A DNA stretch of 59,345 bases, filler included, from Sphacelaria rigidula (GCA_964200075.2; 8 parts of 8 records of this genome joined end to end with filler, not necessarily neighbours in it); one strand, 5' to 3'; shown: positions 1 to 13,299, counted from the whole stretch's first letter. Numbers and translations: made by a program. Notes: a model not told the origin generated them from the sequence alone.

Positions 1-71
1 CGATATTGGCATCTACTGTAGCAGATTCTATTGCTATCGCAATAGATGCCGTCTATTGTCCAGGGTGTGGT

Positions 72-430
72 CTTCACACTTTCAGCGATGGTTCCCGATG
101 ACTTTTTTGTCGGCCTGATGCCCCTCGATCGCGTAATTATTTTTTCAGCGCATTTTACCGACTCTGTGAGCTTACAGGGCTGAGCGAAGCCCTCATTTCC
201 CCCGATATCAACCCTTCCCCCCCCCCCCCCCCCCCCCCCCAAAACCGGGGAAAAAGAGGGGTTCGGCCCCCGGGGCAAGCCCCCCAGAAAGGGAGAAGGC
301 GCTGAAAAAATATCTACGCGATCGAAGGGCATCAGGTCGACAAAAAAGTCATCGGGCACCATCACCGAAAGTGTGAAGAAAGCACTGTTTTGGGCTTGAA
401 CCTAATATTAATGTACAACCTCATTTTATG
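72..430. mobile_element. Fold-back MITE family A, partial copy
   Basis: Arm 72-190 (TTCACACTTTCAGCGATGGT...TTTTCAGCGCATTTTACCGACTC) is inverted against ~298-430 (GCGCTGAAAAAA...CACCATCACCGAAAGTGTGAA) around a poly-C centre. Homologous to 7650-8070. Confidence 0.75.
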
Positions 431-882
431 GAATTGCCTGCTCTGTCCTCCTGTACAAACGGTACCGCACGAATTAGGGACCCTGGCCTCGATGACTCCG
501 CGCGATAGCATCTGTACTGCCCAACGTCTGCAACAACTCCTCCGCACGGATGACAACAAAACACAACGGTACACCGCTTACTTTGCCGTTACTATCCACC
601 TGCTCCGCACCCCCAACTCGGACCGTTGACGCAGGGAGCAGTCTACACTCCGATGAACACCGCCCATGGATACTAACGGTATGCGTGCAGCCAACACCGC
701 TGGTGTTGGCCCCGTTCGTTTGGAGGTGAGGTAGTGAAACTCGAAAACGAGCGCGTGGGCCGTGCAACCGATCACAAGAGGTCATTGCGTCATTGTAAGC
801 ACATCGATAACGCTGCGAGAATAATGACTCGTGTCGCCGCAGATGAACGGCGTCATGACGTCCGTCAATCCTCCTCCCGCTA

Positions 883-1499
883 CGAGCTGGGCCAGCTTTA
901 AAGCGGCTCAAGGTTGCTCATACCACGGTTTTCCCAGTTTCCCGAATGAACCCGGTGTGAGCATATCACTGTGAACTGCAGACGCACCTGATGACAAAGG
1001 ACTGCGTCGCTGTTCGATTGGCGTCGTATTGCCGAGGACGTTATTGTACTGCGTAGAGTACGGGGTGCGTCTCATATCGTTGAGCGATAGCGTGTCGGAG
1101 TACTTTATTTCTCAATGCGGCGGGTTTACGTCAATAATCACCCCGCACTAGGTACTAGTGGGGTGCAGCAGCGTCACGGAAAATGTTGCACGCACGGCCC
1201 AATTCGACGACTCTTGAGCTGAAATTTCAGGAAGACCTTCTGCACCCAAGGAAATGATACTTCACGTGAGCAGCTGCAGATTCTCATTTCTTTGCTGGAC
1301 TTATGACATTATCTTGTTTTTGCTGAAATTTTGAATGCCCATAACTTCTTATTTTTCCTTATTTTTTCTTTGCTGCTGACGTGATCTTCTGCATTTCGAT
1401 CATGAAAAGCTGCTGTCAAAATTTCAGCGTCCAACTCCTAATATCGCGCCGTGCGTCGCCTGGGCGAGAAAACCACCCATTGTTGGCTGGCCCAGCTCG
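883..1499. mobile_element. Non-autonomous Tc1/mariner-type element (MITE) with 14-bp TIRs and TA target duplication
   Basis: TA|CGAGCTGGGCCAGC at 881-896 and GCTGGCCCAGCTCG|TA at 1486-1501. The same terminus recurs at ~5381, ~29772-29787 and ~50953. Confidence 0.75.
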
Positions 1500-1858
1500 T
1501 ATCCCCGGCGGATGAAATGTGCGAAGAAAACTTCTGCACGTTCGATATGTCGAATCATCTGCATTCTGTGTAACTCGTTTCGGTACACCTGCTGCTGTAA
1601 CGGCTTCGTGCCCGGTATACACGTCATACAAGTCTATCGATCATGTGACCATGGCTGGATCCCTAGGGGGTCAGTTCAAGTGCCAAACAAAAATCTAATC
1701 AAAGTCACAAGTAGATCACCCCAGGTCTCCGTTTTACGGTATACCCGGCGGTACCAATATCCATGAGTTCACATCACGTGCCGCGCTCGTGCAGGTCGTT
1801 TGGTCCGCGGCGAGGATCCGTGATTATCGGCATGCATTGGTAGATTATTCTGCCTGTT

Positions 1859-3118
1859 GTGTTCATCCGCCAACGGCAAATTCGCCCCTGCAGGTTTTCG
1901 CTTACAGCACTTGTCGCTCACGGGGTCGCCCATGACGGCACCGGAACTTACTGGCGTACTGTATTCTCGCCCACGCACACCTTTGTTGAAGTCCTGTCAG
2001 GAGATCAAGATGATCGTCGACAAGAATATTCGGAACCTTCCAGTCGTGGGCCACGGTACGACACAGTGATGAGGAAAGTGCGCGAACGTTGTGCGGAGGA
2101 AATCCAGCGGTTGCTACCCCTTGCGACAGCCGTGCTGGGCCTTGCGCGACTCCCTGAAAGATTCGACGTATCTGGGATAAACTTATTGCATCACGGCGGA
2201 CCATTATGGGGGGTCCCGCCAACTCAACACGAGCGTCGAGGTTCACGAAGTAGCGCCAAAACGGACGTCATAAAGAGATGTCAGCGTTTGTCATCCAGCC
2301 GACGGCAAAGGCGGCGGCGTCAGCCCATTTCCATAACTCCGGCGCTGACCATACAACCCCCAGAGCGAAGCGGGCCCTGGCGATCTTCCATCTATCCATC
2401 GAGCAGGCAAGTTCCAATTAGTATGCTTCTTCGCTGGGTTTGCCGTCACACAAACCGAAGGCAATGGGTCCATAAAACCTCGCTCTTTGGCGATCGGAGT
2501 TCCGCCTGATGCCGGCGCTGTCCTCATGGTCCAGCTCTCCTGTCCTTGTGTGGTCCAATACTAAGAGTACACATCTGTTACCCGCGCCCCACCCTCGTGT
2601 CTTACCATGTGCTGGCGTCTTCCAGGCCACGAACGACAAACTGGTTACTGTCATCGAGGATGTCAACACGGTCGTGTTCAGATACCCCATGGGTGCGTTG
2701 GAACTGAGTGGGGATCGCGCAAAGTTCTGTGGCGCGCGGTAGGGAATTTCACAGACTGGTGCAGCATAGGGACACCAGGTACTGCCATGCATTTTCGAAG
2801 CCATATATTCTGCAGCAGTGGGTTCGTGCCACACCGGAGTTGAACTACGACCCTGGTGCTGAGCAAGCAGTGTACGACTTCTTCCTGCAGATATTTAACA
2901 ACGTGCGATTCGCCGATTATTGCAGGCGACTGAGCTTGGCTGCGGTACTGTTTAGGAGAGAGAAAGCCACGCGGCAGGCCCTGCGTGCAACGATGGAGGC
3001 CGCCCCCGCTGCCGCCAAGCCTGAAGCGCCGCCTGCGAACAGAGGCGGCGGTGGTGCTTCGGGTGGCACTGACGAAATCGCGCTGGCGCGAAGGTGGCTC
3101 TGCTTGCGGCGAAGTTGA
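1859..3118 (+). pseudogene. Degenerate, frameshifted coding remnant, possibly transposon-derived
   Basis: Protein-like pieces in staggered frames (GVFQATNDKLVTVIEDVNTVVF; QAVYDFFLQIFNNVRFADYCRRL). They loosely resemble C-termini of P-element/THAP9-like transposases. No catalytic motif recognised. Confidence 0.25.
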
Positions 3119-4437
3119 CCGAGGTGTCCTTCGGGGAGCTCACAGTCGGCCTGTTGAGGGACCGCACCCAGGCGGTGGTGGGTAGCCTGGAGGTGCAGAG
3201 AAGGGCCCCAAAAATACGCCTATGAGCGCAGCTTCATCACCTGGTGCCGGGGATTGTTACTCCTGGGGAGTGCAGTGAAGTGTTGGAAAATTTCGACGAC
3301 GTCCGGGTAGCATCGGCCATGGAAGCCGTGGATGTCGACGTGGTTTATGTCTGGTGGCTTTTAGTTTGTCTTCTCCATAGTGTGAAGAGTACGGCGATGT
3401 CAGGCTCACCCACGACAAATGTACGCATGGCCGCGCTCGATTCGCATCTGTGGTTAGGGTTAGCGTGGTGTGCCTTGTTTTCTGACGTGTCGCTTAAGTA
3501 GTGTGTCTGTGAAGTTTTGATGACAGCTGTGTGTGTAGGGCATGCGTGTGGGATACACCGTTACCACTAGGGGTAACTCATGCGTTTTACAAGTGGCACG
3601 ACAGCCACCGGCTATCTGTCTCGGCTACGAAAATGTCGGAGCTCGTCGCAGTCGCTACGGTAGATATTCAAGTGGCGAGCTGTCATGCGCACGAAGTCAC
3701 CAAGGAATCGGGGCGGGTTTGTATAAGTTGTGCATAATAACCCCCGCGTGTTTCTTATTGGGGCATTTCAAGATGAGCGTTTATCCTTGAGGCGGATATT
3801 GCGCGCACGGTACATCGTGTGAAACAGAGAGGGTTCCACTTTAATCGTTTTTTTCTTCTTCATTTTTCTCGCCGTCGGCGATTTTCAACAGTTTTTCCTC
3901 GCGTGCGACCGCCTATCGCAGTGCACGCTTCCTCCCGAAAATTGGGGATCAGGGTATATTTGCGCCACATACCGTAATGAGGATCATCGATCTACAACAT
4001 CGGACGACCTATAGGCTGGCCGGCCGTCGGGCGTCCTGCGACTATGCAGCGCCGGGTTTTCACATTTTTGCGTTTTCGTTCGATGTAAACAATCCCGATC
4101 ATTCTCGTGGAGCAAATATTGAGCATTGTTACTATGAAGTCTACTGCTCATCGCTCAACAGCCGGGAAACCGTGTTTGTGGGACCACTGGTCGATAACAC
4201 CCACCTTATGCACGGCATTCGTACTCCATATCACCACGATAAGACGGGGCGAAGGGTAGAGTTCCGAGCACCACTTGCTTATTTCTCAAACATCTGTCAA
4301 CTCCAGGACTTTCGAGTGCTAGGGATGAATGCCACGATCTATAACTCAGGAAAATACCCGACGTTGATATTCTCCGAACCGAGTTCTGTGCAGCTGAGGG
4401 GTCGTGAATCAATCCCGACCACTCTCTTGCCAAATGT

Positions 4438-4695
4438 AGAGTGATGCTACGGTTGGGGTGCACGAATATTTCTGAGCTTGGAATTGTTCGGAGCCCTTTA
4501 TCTCATTCAAAACACGAGTTATGAAATATGTGAGAGCACGCCAGGATTACTATTCCAATGCGCTGGGGACATCCCGAATGAAATTTGCAAGCGGGAATAC
4601 CCCGACCCATATTCTTGTGCATCTAGAATGGTTGGGAGCCCCTGAATCAGACAAGATTTTGCGAAAAAAGTGCACCCCTACCGTAGCATTTCTCT
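4438..4695. mobile_element. MITE family B (~260 bp)
   Basis: TIRs AGAGTGATGCTACGGTTGGGGTGCAC ... GTGCACCCCTACCGTAGCATTTCTCT. A second copy lies in opposite orientation at 9111-9364. Confidence 0.8.
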
Positions 4696-5849
4696 GTTAC
4701 AGACTCTTTTAATTTTTCTGTAGTCGTCTATTGCGCGAGATCTGGAAATAAATAAGTGTCGTTGATCAAAAATGGCCGAAAACACCCCTTCATGATGCAG
4801 CCAATACTGTAATGAATTTTGTCAAGGGAACCCATCCGTAGTTATACGGCATCAAGAATTTCAGTCTGTGTAGGCGACTTTTTCTCGTGGAATGTTTTTC
4901 GGCTACCTGTGACAAAATGGCATCGATTCTCTCCACGTTGGGTGTTACCTTTCCGACCAAACTGGGGCACTGCCGAATCCATACAGATCTGTGCCCAAAA
5001 TCTGTACGGATTCGGGATTGTCCGGAGGGTAACATGAGCCTGGCATGCCAAAAGTAAAAGGTAGCCGCAAAACATTGCCCGTAGTACCCAAGTCCTTGAA
5101 ATCAAACCACGGGGGGAAATCGCCTGCAGACGGGCTGGAATCATCACGCCTGTACGAATACAAATCGGTTCCCATGAAGAAGTGGTCCAAGTCCTGCAAC
5201 AATAAGCGGAAATCTTTCATTTTGTTTCGGGATGTGGAACGGGCGCGTAGTATCTGCCCATCCCCACACCTTGAGGTTGAGCGTTCACTGCGACTAACAA
5301 CGACGCGCTAGGAAAGCTGTTGAAGATCGCTGAGTCCGACAGTGCGCCATAAATATCCGGATTCAGACCGAAATGACTGCACGAGCTGGGCCAGCCTGAA
5401 AACGGATCTAAGCTCTCACAGTTCTCGTGCGGGAGATCTCCACATCCAAGTTTATTGTGTGGAATGGCTATTGCTTTTATTACACACATACCTCTAGTAA
5501 GCGGCGAACACAAACAATCTTGACTTCTCTTGTTGGCGTAACGCTACATGCGTGCGGAGATAGAATGTAACTCAAGTTTATTTGGAACCACTATCGGGAG
5601 GTATAGCGAGTGATGACTGTAGGCGTTAATTTTTCCCTTGCAGCACGGGCGAAGGATCGACACCCGCGCCTGCACCTAACTCCTTTACTTCCCTCGGGAT
5701 ATGGCGTTCATATTTTTTTCACGTTTGGCTCAGCATCTCACGTGCACGCACACAACACGTACTACATTTCATTTTTGAGTGTCAGAAAATTGGCGGTGCT
5801 TCCAACTCTGGTAGGGAATGTTGGAGGCAATATAAAAAGGGAGGGTTGA

Positions 5850-7332
5850 AACGGACAACAGTTCGAAGGAAAAGAGAGAAGCGCTAGTCGAGCGGTACCG
5901 TAAACTAGGAACACCAGGAACTGACACGAAATTCGACACGGAATTCGAGAAAGAGATGGGCGAGTGGGCAGAAGAAGCAAATGTAGAGGCGTCAAAACGG
6001 GAGGATAGTAGCTCGAAAGAATTGAAGAGAGAATTTACGAGAGATGAAGTAAAGGAGTGCGTTGCTAAACTCAAGAACACAAAGGCTGCAGGGGGCAGAC
6101 GGAATAGTGAATGAATTTCTGAAGCATGTGGGAGAAGGAATGATCACCATGATGGCTATGCTGTATAACTGGATATGGGAAACCGAGTACACGCCCAAGA
6201 GGTGGAGGGAAAAGGAGTAGTCGTCAATCTTCTCAAAAAGGGAGACAAGGCTGACTTACCCAGGAAACCATAGAGAGATCACGCTGCTGAGGACGGTAGG
6301 GCATACGTTCTGCAAGATTCTGAATGATACAGTAGGAACGATGTTAGAAAAGGACGAGGAAACCAGCGAAGGACAAGCAGGTTTCAGACCAAACCGTAGT
6401 TACGTACATCATGTGTACACACTAGGTAGGATTATTCAAGGTAGAAACACACCGGGCTGACAATGTACTGTTTTTCTCTGGACGTGCGAAAGGCTTATGA
6501 CACAGGATGGAGAAATGGGCGTGGAAAAAGTTGTGGGAAACTGGGGTCAGAGGAAAGATGCGGAGAATGGTGAAGATGACAAAATGTGCCAAAGTGCCAT
6601 GATGCTAGACGGGGAAATATCGAAATAATAATATTTTGATATCTTACAAGGAGTTGCGCAAGCATGTACGTTATCACCCACTTCATTCAAGGAATTCATT
6701 AGAGACTCGATACTAGCAATAGAAGCAGCAAATCACGGAGTCAAGGTGGGTGAAGATGTGATATCAGTATTGATGTTCGCGGATGATTTTGTGGGGGTTT
6801 CAGGAACACCAGAAGGATTGCAAAAACAAGCAGAAAAGGCGCTAGAATACACTAGGGAATCGAGACTGACAGCGAATGTTTACAAATGCGCGGTTCTCGT
6901 CTATAACGAAGATCGGAAAAATCCGGTAGAGTTCAAATGGAAGTGAGGAGAAGAAGAACTGCCGATCGTATACCTCGGCGTAGAAATCTCAAAACACTGT
7001 TCTCGGGACGCACACATAAACAAGGTAATAGAAAAAGGGTAAGGCACAAATAGGGTGGACGTGGTCCTCAGAGACTCGCACCTAGGCACTAGGATTAAGA
7101 GGTGTATGCTGATGAGCGTGATAGTACCAGAACTGGAATATTCAGGAGAAGTATGGGAGGGGAACGAGAAATTCATTGTTGAAACAGTTGGAAACAGTAC
7201 AGATAGCAGTAGCTGAGAAGATAGCGGGATGCTCGAAAACGACGAGTAGTACAGTTTTGAGAGCAGAGTTGGGAATGTGCTCACTTTAAACAAACAGAGA
7301 CATGAAGAAATTGAGGTGGCAATATAGCGTGA
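5850..7332 (+). mobile_element. Decayed non-LTR (LINE) retrotransposon, reverse-transcriptase region, cut by contig end
   Basis: Piecewise translation gives LINE RT motifs in order: FTRDEVKECVAKLKNTKAAG-DG, KKGDKAD-GN, EGQAGFRPNR, LDVRKAYD, QGVAQ-CTLSP, LMFADDFV, YLGV. Many stops and frameshifts. Confidence 0.9.
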
Positions 7333-7432
7333 NNNNNNNNNNNNNNNNNNNNNNNNNNNNNNNNNNNNNNNNNNNNTTAATTAATTAANNNNNNNNNNNN
7401 NNNNNNNNNNNNNNNNNNNNNNNNNNNNNNNN
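7333..7432. other. Artificial 100-bp assembly linker (N44-TTAATTAATTAA-N44); identical linkers at 14765-14864, 22196-22295, 29626-29725, 37056-37155, 44486-44585, 51916-52015
   Basis: The same stop-in-all-six-frames 12-mer sits inside N runs. The segments between linkers are 7330-7332 bp and never increase in length. Confidence 0.97.
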
Positions 7433-7649
7433 AACTCAGTCTAGGCACTCTCCAATAATACAAAAGACAAAACTATCTATCCTTCGCCACGGGCCACGGA
7501 ATATAGGACACCCCGGGAAATACCGGGGACATACCCGGCAAATTCCGGACGCGATGCGGCCCCCCCGGTGCAGCAGCTGATCCCAACTTATGCAAAGGCT
7601 AGAAGTTGTCAGAGCAGGTACATCTTGTTTTCACAAGTAGTATAGAGTA

Positions 7650-8070
7650 TATAACAGAGGATTCTATAAAATGAGGTTCATCAGTGAAATGAGGTTCGAG
7701 CCCAAAACATTACTTTCTCCACACTTTCAGCGATGGTGCCTAATGACGTTTTTGTCGGCCTAATGCCGCTCGATCGCGTAGATACTTTTTCAGCGCATTT
7801 TACCGACTCGGTGAACTCACAGTGCTGACCGAAGCTGCTGTTTTCCCTGATATCACCCCCCCCCCTAAAAAATAAGTGCAAATGGCGGTTTCGGACAGCG
7901 CTGTAAGCTCACAGAGTTGATAAAATGCGCTGAAGATCTACGCGATCGAGGGGCATTAGGCCGACAAGAAAGTCATTGGGCACCATCGCTGAAAGCGTGG
8001 AAAAAGTACTGTTTTGAGCTCGAACCTCATTTCATTGATGAACCTCATTTTTTAGAACCCTCTTCTATAT
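7650..8070. mobile_element. Fold-back MITE family A, full copy with ~190-bp inverted arms
   Basis: ATAACAGAGGATTCTATAAAATGAGGTTCATCAGTGAAATGAGGTTCGAGC... is mirrored by ...GCTCGAACCTCATTTCATTGATGAACCTCATTTTTTAGAACCCTCTTCTATAT. Ends are TA-rich. Confidence 0.85.
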
Positions 8071-8488
8071 CCTGATCCCCCCTGATTTTTGTGTTCTGAT
8101 CAATTCGATGAACTTATTGTTATGTAGTCCAAGGGCGTACGAAAACAAATTCCTGGATCCACAATCCCATTTGCGGGGGGGGGGCATTTTGAGGGGGGGT
8201 GGGGATGTTGGTATACTAATTCCTGTATACACAAACGAGTGAACAGTATTTCCTTTACATGTAAAGTTACCTGACCTAAACTGGGTACGAGACACGTCCG
8301 GACATTAATGATGAGAGTGTGGTATGAAAGAAACAGCCAAGTCTTTGGCCACGCTGTAGAACAGGCGAAACGTATACTTCTAGTTTGTGATTCAACCTGA
8401 TTCTTACAGTAGTACCGCAGCATCGGCAATATTGGTCGAGCCGGGTCGGACGGGCGACTGTATGTCAACACAAAACGAAGGTGGCAGC

Positions 8489-8501
8489 GATGACCATGAC
8501 A

Positions 8502-8541
<40 letters not shown>

Positions 8542-8580
8542 TAACAACGACGATGGCGACGACGACGATGACGACGGCGG
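8489..8580 (+). repeat. (GAC)n trinucleotide microsatellite (poly-Asp if coding)
   Basis: Direct run of GAC/GAT/AAC triplets. Confidence 0.9.
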
Positions 8581-9110
8581 AGAAGAAGGACAACAACAAG
8601 AAGCCGGCGTGGGGAAGGCGAGGGCGGGGGCGGGGGCGGGCAGTAGTGCCCACGGCACGATGTCCAACGAAGCTGTGTTCACAACTAGCAGTGACCGACA
8701 AGTGAAGCGGCAGAGAAGGTGGCAAGGGTCGTCATCGTCGGATGATGCGTAGCGAGGTAGCGCCCTCCCCGGGATGGGGGGTGGAGAGTATAGCAGTTCT
8801 GACGGTCTCAGCAGTTGCGACAGTCTGCTTGAAAATATTGCCCACTGATGGTGACGAGAGTAGCAGTAAAACGTCTGGAGTTTCGCCTTGCAGTGGGGAG
8901 GGAATAGCGGGAGATAAATCTAAAGTGGTTCCCTGGGATTCATAAGGTGCCCTCGCCAGCTGGTCTATAACATTCGCTCCATTTAATATATGTGAGTTCG
9001 GGGGGATCATGTGAACCAGTCAGTCAATGTTACAGGTTCCAGGCAATCCATACAAAATGCAGGCGACGGGTGCCGCACTTTCTTTAAAGCAAATAATCCC
9101 TTTTGGGGGC

Positions 9111-9364
9111 AATGCTACGGTAGGGGTGCACTTTTTTCGCGAATATTTGTCTGTTTCAGGGGCTCCTAACGATTCTAGACGCACAATAATAAGGGCCAGG
9201 GCATCCCCGTTTGTAGATTCATTCGGGATATCCACAGCACATTGGAATAGTAATCCTGGCGTACTCTCGCACATTTTCATAAGTCGTGTTTTGGATGAGA
9301 TAAGGGGCTCCTAACAATTCTAACCTCAGAAATTATTTCTGTACCCCTACCGTAGCATCACTCT
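9111..9364. mobile_element. MITE family B, second copy (reverse orientation)
   Basis: Reverse complement aligns across its length with 4438-4695. TIRs ATGCTACGGTAGGGGTGCAC / GTACCCCTACCGTAGCAT. Confidence 0.8.
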
Positions 9365-9664
9365 TGGCAGTGGTTTGGCTCCAGTCGGATGCAATTGTCG
9401 TACATTAAGCCTTAGCCTTCGTGCCCACTGATTCCTACTGTGCACATACAAACAGAAAAATAAACGCCCGCCGTGGCTACCCGTGGCAAAAACTCGGATA
9501 AATCAACTTGGATACACACCCAGAATATCCCAACAAAAACGTGATCAACCAAAGGCAGAGCAACACATCATACACACATCCTGAAACATAATCTCACAAA
9601 GGTCAAAATAGAGTTAAAAATGCACGTACGGCGGTTATGCATCGTTTCAATAACTTCTTTGTAT

Positions 9665-9825
9665 CATTTCGCATTCTTCACCACTTTTGCCGAGTTTTCT
9701 CTGGCTGCAAAGCAGCTCAGCCCGCGCTTCTTTTTGCAGCGCACGTAGAAGGATCAGCGTTACATTCCAGTTCAAGTTTGGGTGTCATCTGATACCTGTG
9801 GCGCGTGTTCTGGCCATCGAAAGTC
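9665..9825 (+). repeat. Dispersed repeat homologous to the left arm of the 11657-12130 fold-back
   Basis: TTCACCACTTTTGCCGAG...TCTGATACCTGTGGCGCGTGTTCTGGCC is shared with 11678-11820. Confidence 0.75.
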
Positions 9826-11656
9826 GCCCACACTGGCTCGTTTTCGCGGGGTGTTGATCCCGAATCATGAAAGTCTTCTCAAGTTCATGGAAACCTTCAC
9901 GCGGAAGGATGATTGTTGGCGGGGTATTTTTCCCTCGTGTTTCCCTTTGCCGGGTTCTCGTTCATTTGGGAGCACGAGCACATCGGTCATGCCGACAGTG
10001 TCACTGGAATATGAGAGCAATGCAGTTGAAAACAATCGAACATTGCCTTGGCCTTAGTCAGCAGCAAACACCAGACCGTACGATGAGCCTTTGATGAGTT
10101 GAACAAGGCACACACGTGGGCAAACGTCCTCACTGTGGGTCACATGTGTAGGACCAGCAAAGGGGGGTGCCAAAATCCCTGTGATCATGCAACCCGTAAG
10201 AGAGAGTTCCCTCACAGGATGCACCTGTGAAGTACAGGCGCAGGGGTGTCCTGGTGTCAGGCTTGACAGGTGTGGTCTTGTGACAGGGATGACAGGGAAA
10301 ACCATACGAGTACGCGCCTCATGTATCTTTCGACGGCTTAGGGCCTTAATTATCGACATTAAAAAGAATGGCAGAATGTCTGAAATTTCGGCAATCGTTC
10401 AAGGCTTATTATCATCTAGATGCATTGTTTCTGTTAGATATTACACTACAGATGGTGCTGATATCGGGGTTCGCTTGCCTTCGCCGGCAAACGAAAGGGC
10501 AGGGTTATGCTACCTATCCGTTTATGGCGTTTATAACTGTGGTCAATATCATTCTCACAGCCTCTCTGTGACACGGGGGGGGCAGCCGGACAGGCTAGGG
10601 CGTGATCGACCGGCTCTCTCGGGATGCTCCAGCAGCACACATGAGTAAAGATACCGATTGTGAAAAGCCCCGTCCACAGATTGCAGCATGCTTGCTCTCT
10701 GTGAGTTGTATGCGCAGATACACCCAGTGGGAGCACCAGCTGTATACCTTTGAGACGGTGCGGTAGCGTACAGTCGTAGCAGCATTGCAGCAAGTAGGTA
10801 GCTACTGGATTGTTTCTGCTCGTCACTTCGAAAGTGCATATGTCTGCGAGCGACGACCACCGTGCTTGACCCCGACAGCTTCAACACCGCTGCCGGGGCA
10901 CACACCATCGAAGGAGATAGATACCGCCAACCCGCGGTGCTTCTTAGTCAACGACATCGCCCAGGGTGTCACTAGTAAGGGTCCTGATGATTCTCGCATG
11001 CTTGCGGTCGCCACGGCATGCGACAAGGGCAGCTCTGCGGAGTATTGCGCTGCGGTCCGAAATATTCGGCGTTCACCAAACGTGAAGGCTTGGCGAGAAA
11101 TCTAGCCACTTCAGTTTTGGATAACGCCAAGTGCCAGGCGCGAAAAAGCCTAATATCTTGGCGATCTCCTAAAAACTTGTGGTGATAATAACGGCCCTTA
11201 ATACTGTACGTTCGGTACAAGCCAAGCTTAACTTTGCTTGTGGATTCCTCCGCCGTGTCTGAACGAACCAGCCTGAAACTTGGCACAGAGATAGACCACA
11301 AACAGAAATCATATTTCCAGATCGGCAGCACGTTTTACGCGGTGCACCAGACCCTCGAAGCGAATACGGATTTTGGGCATTGCCATCTATACGCCCTCAA
11401 AACGGAGTCCCCTCGGTCCAGACTGTGTGAGACATCAGTGAATGCACATGTGGGCACGCAGATGCGCTCACTTCCACATCATGACTTGCTGAGTGGCTCC
11501 TGCCCCAGCAAACAAGCATCGATCCGTATTGGGCACACTCTGGATGATGTCATTCTACGCGGTACCTATCTTGGTATCGCCTGTAGAGGTAATCACTTCA
11601 GGAGGCACGGTCGTGCAAGCGCTGTCAGTGCTTTTACGCGCATTGAATATCATTAT

Positions 11657-12130
11657 GTCATGTACCATTCCACATTTTTCACCACTTTTGCCGAGGTTTC
11701 TCTGGCGGCAAGGCATTTTTTCCCACGCATCCTTTTGCAGCGCACTGAGAAGGCTCAGCGGTACATCACCGTTCAGATTTGGGCATCGTCTGATACCTGT
11801 GGCGCGTGTTCTGGCCGCCGAAAGACGAAGGTCGCTCAAATTGGTCTCTTTAAGATCGTGGAAAATTTGACAAAATATATTTCGACTTGCGTCACCCCCG
11901 GAAGGCCCGTACCAACCTCCCGGAGGGGAACCTTGCATAAGATATTATATTAAATACAAGGTTCCCCGTCGGGAGGTTGATACGGGCCTCCTGGGGGTGA
12001 CGCAAGCCGAAAATCTAGAGTATACTTGGGATGCTTTCTTAGTGCACTGCAAAAGAAAGCGTGGGAAAAAATGCCTTGCTGGCAGAGAAAACTCGGCAAA
12101 AGTGGTGAAAAACGTGAAACGATACATGAC
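11657..12130. mobile_element. Fold-back element with outer ~100-bp arms and an inner ~55-bp palindrome
   Basis: GTCATGTACC...GCAGCGCACTGAGAAG is inverted against CTTAGTGCACTGC...GATACATGAC. The inner CTTGCGTCACCCCC...GGGGAACCTTG is inverted against CAAGGTTCCCC...GGGGGTGACGCAAG. Confidence 0.8.
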
Positions 12131-13299
12131 CACCCCCCCCCCGTCGCCGCACACATTTCATCATAGGGTTCAAGGGGAAGGGGGGGGGGGGGTACCCCCC
12201 TGATCGCTGGATGATGGCAATAATAGTTGCTGTACTGCACCGCACGTGTTTGGCGGTCACGTCGGCCCGCGCCGGGTGTACTCAAACGGTAGGTGGTAAG
12301 GGTAAGTCGAAGCAAGTAGAGAAGATGTCCGCAGAAGCAGGAAGTAAATATGAAGCGCTGAGGGTACCGGCACTGGATATGTGCTGCAGATTCCAGAAGT
12401 CTTGCAAGGGGTGAATGTAACGTGGGCGCGCACGCCTGGCACCCAAGAGTTTAAATGGATCTGCCCTTGCGGGCATAATTTCGGGAACGGGGACCGCCTA
12501 CAACATAACGTTGAGCAACACACGGATTCAGAGGCCCACAGGTGAGAAGAGTGATATGTCAGCGCCAAATGAAGCGCAGATGTTTACTCGTTAGGTTGTC
12601 GTTGTATTCTTGACAGATGTTGTCCTCCTGTCGAGATGATGGTCTATAACACCCCCCGATGAAACGTGTCCTTGTCCTCGGTTTTTCGCGATGTAAAGCT
12701 ATAGCGATGCCGAAACGTGTGTGGTAGACAAGTGGTGAACGAACCGCTGTGTGCACACGTGCCCACCCATGAAGTATTCCGATAGTTCAGGGTATTTCCT
12801 GCAGAGGATAGCGAGGTTACAGTCATAGCACAGGAGGAGTCCCGAAGTCAACGGTATGCGCTGTATTGAAACTTGGTATCAAGAGTACTTTATAATACTG
12901 TACTACTGCGTGTACAACCTTAACGTCTTCTTGTCCCCGTCGCACTCACGGTTAACATGTGCCCAGGCAAGGGGTGGGATGCTCTAAACGTAGAAGAAAC
13001 GATATACGGAGCACTCGATAGATCGCATCATTTTTCGGAGTCATCCTCCGAAAGGTGGGGGGGTGTTTTGGGCCATTTCATACGACTGCTGCCGAGATAG
13101 CCCCCCCCCCGAACCGGCCAAAAAAATGCACGGAGGCGATGATCATAAATGCCGTTAAAGCTGGCACGACGCGACTTATTTGGGCGTAATAGCTAATTTC
13201 GAACTGCTCCACGCCTCTCATGTGGGCGAAGTTGCTGGAAACGAGCCCAGTAGTGGGATCGCAGCCGTTTTGTCGCACCGCCTCACGTGCAGTTTTTGT

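Noticed and set aside
3977..5320. ORFs of 85-155 aa on both strands around MITE B
   Set aside because: No recognisable motif or consistent splice pattern; may be decayed coding sequence but cannot be supported.
8387..8752. Poly-Asp/Thr/Ser ORFs in several frames
   Set aside because: Openness is explained by the stop-free GAC microsatellite; no partner exons found.
9850..11650. Several 100-240-aa ORFs, considered as a copia or transposase remnant
   Set aside because: No integrase, RT or DDE motif found in the frames I read.
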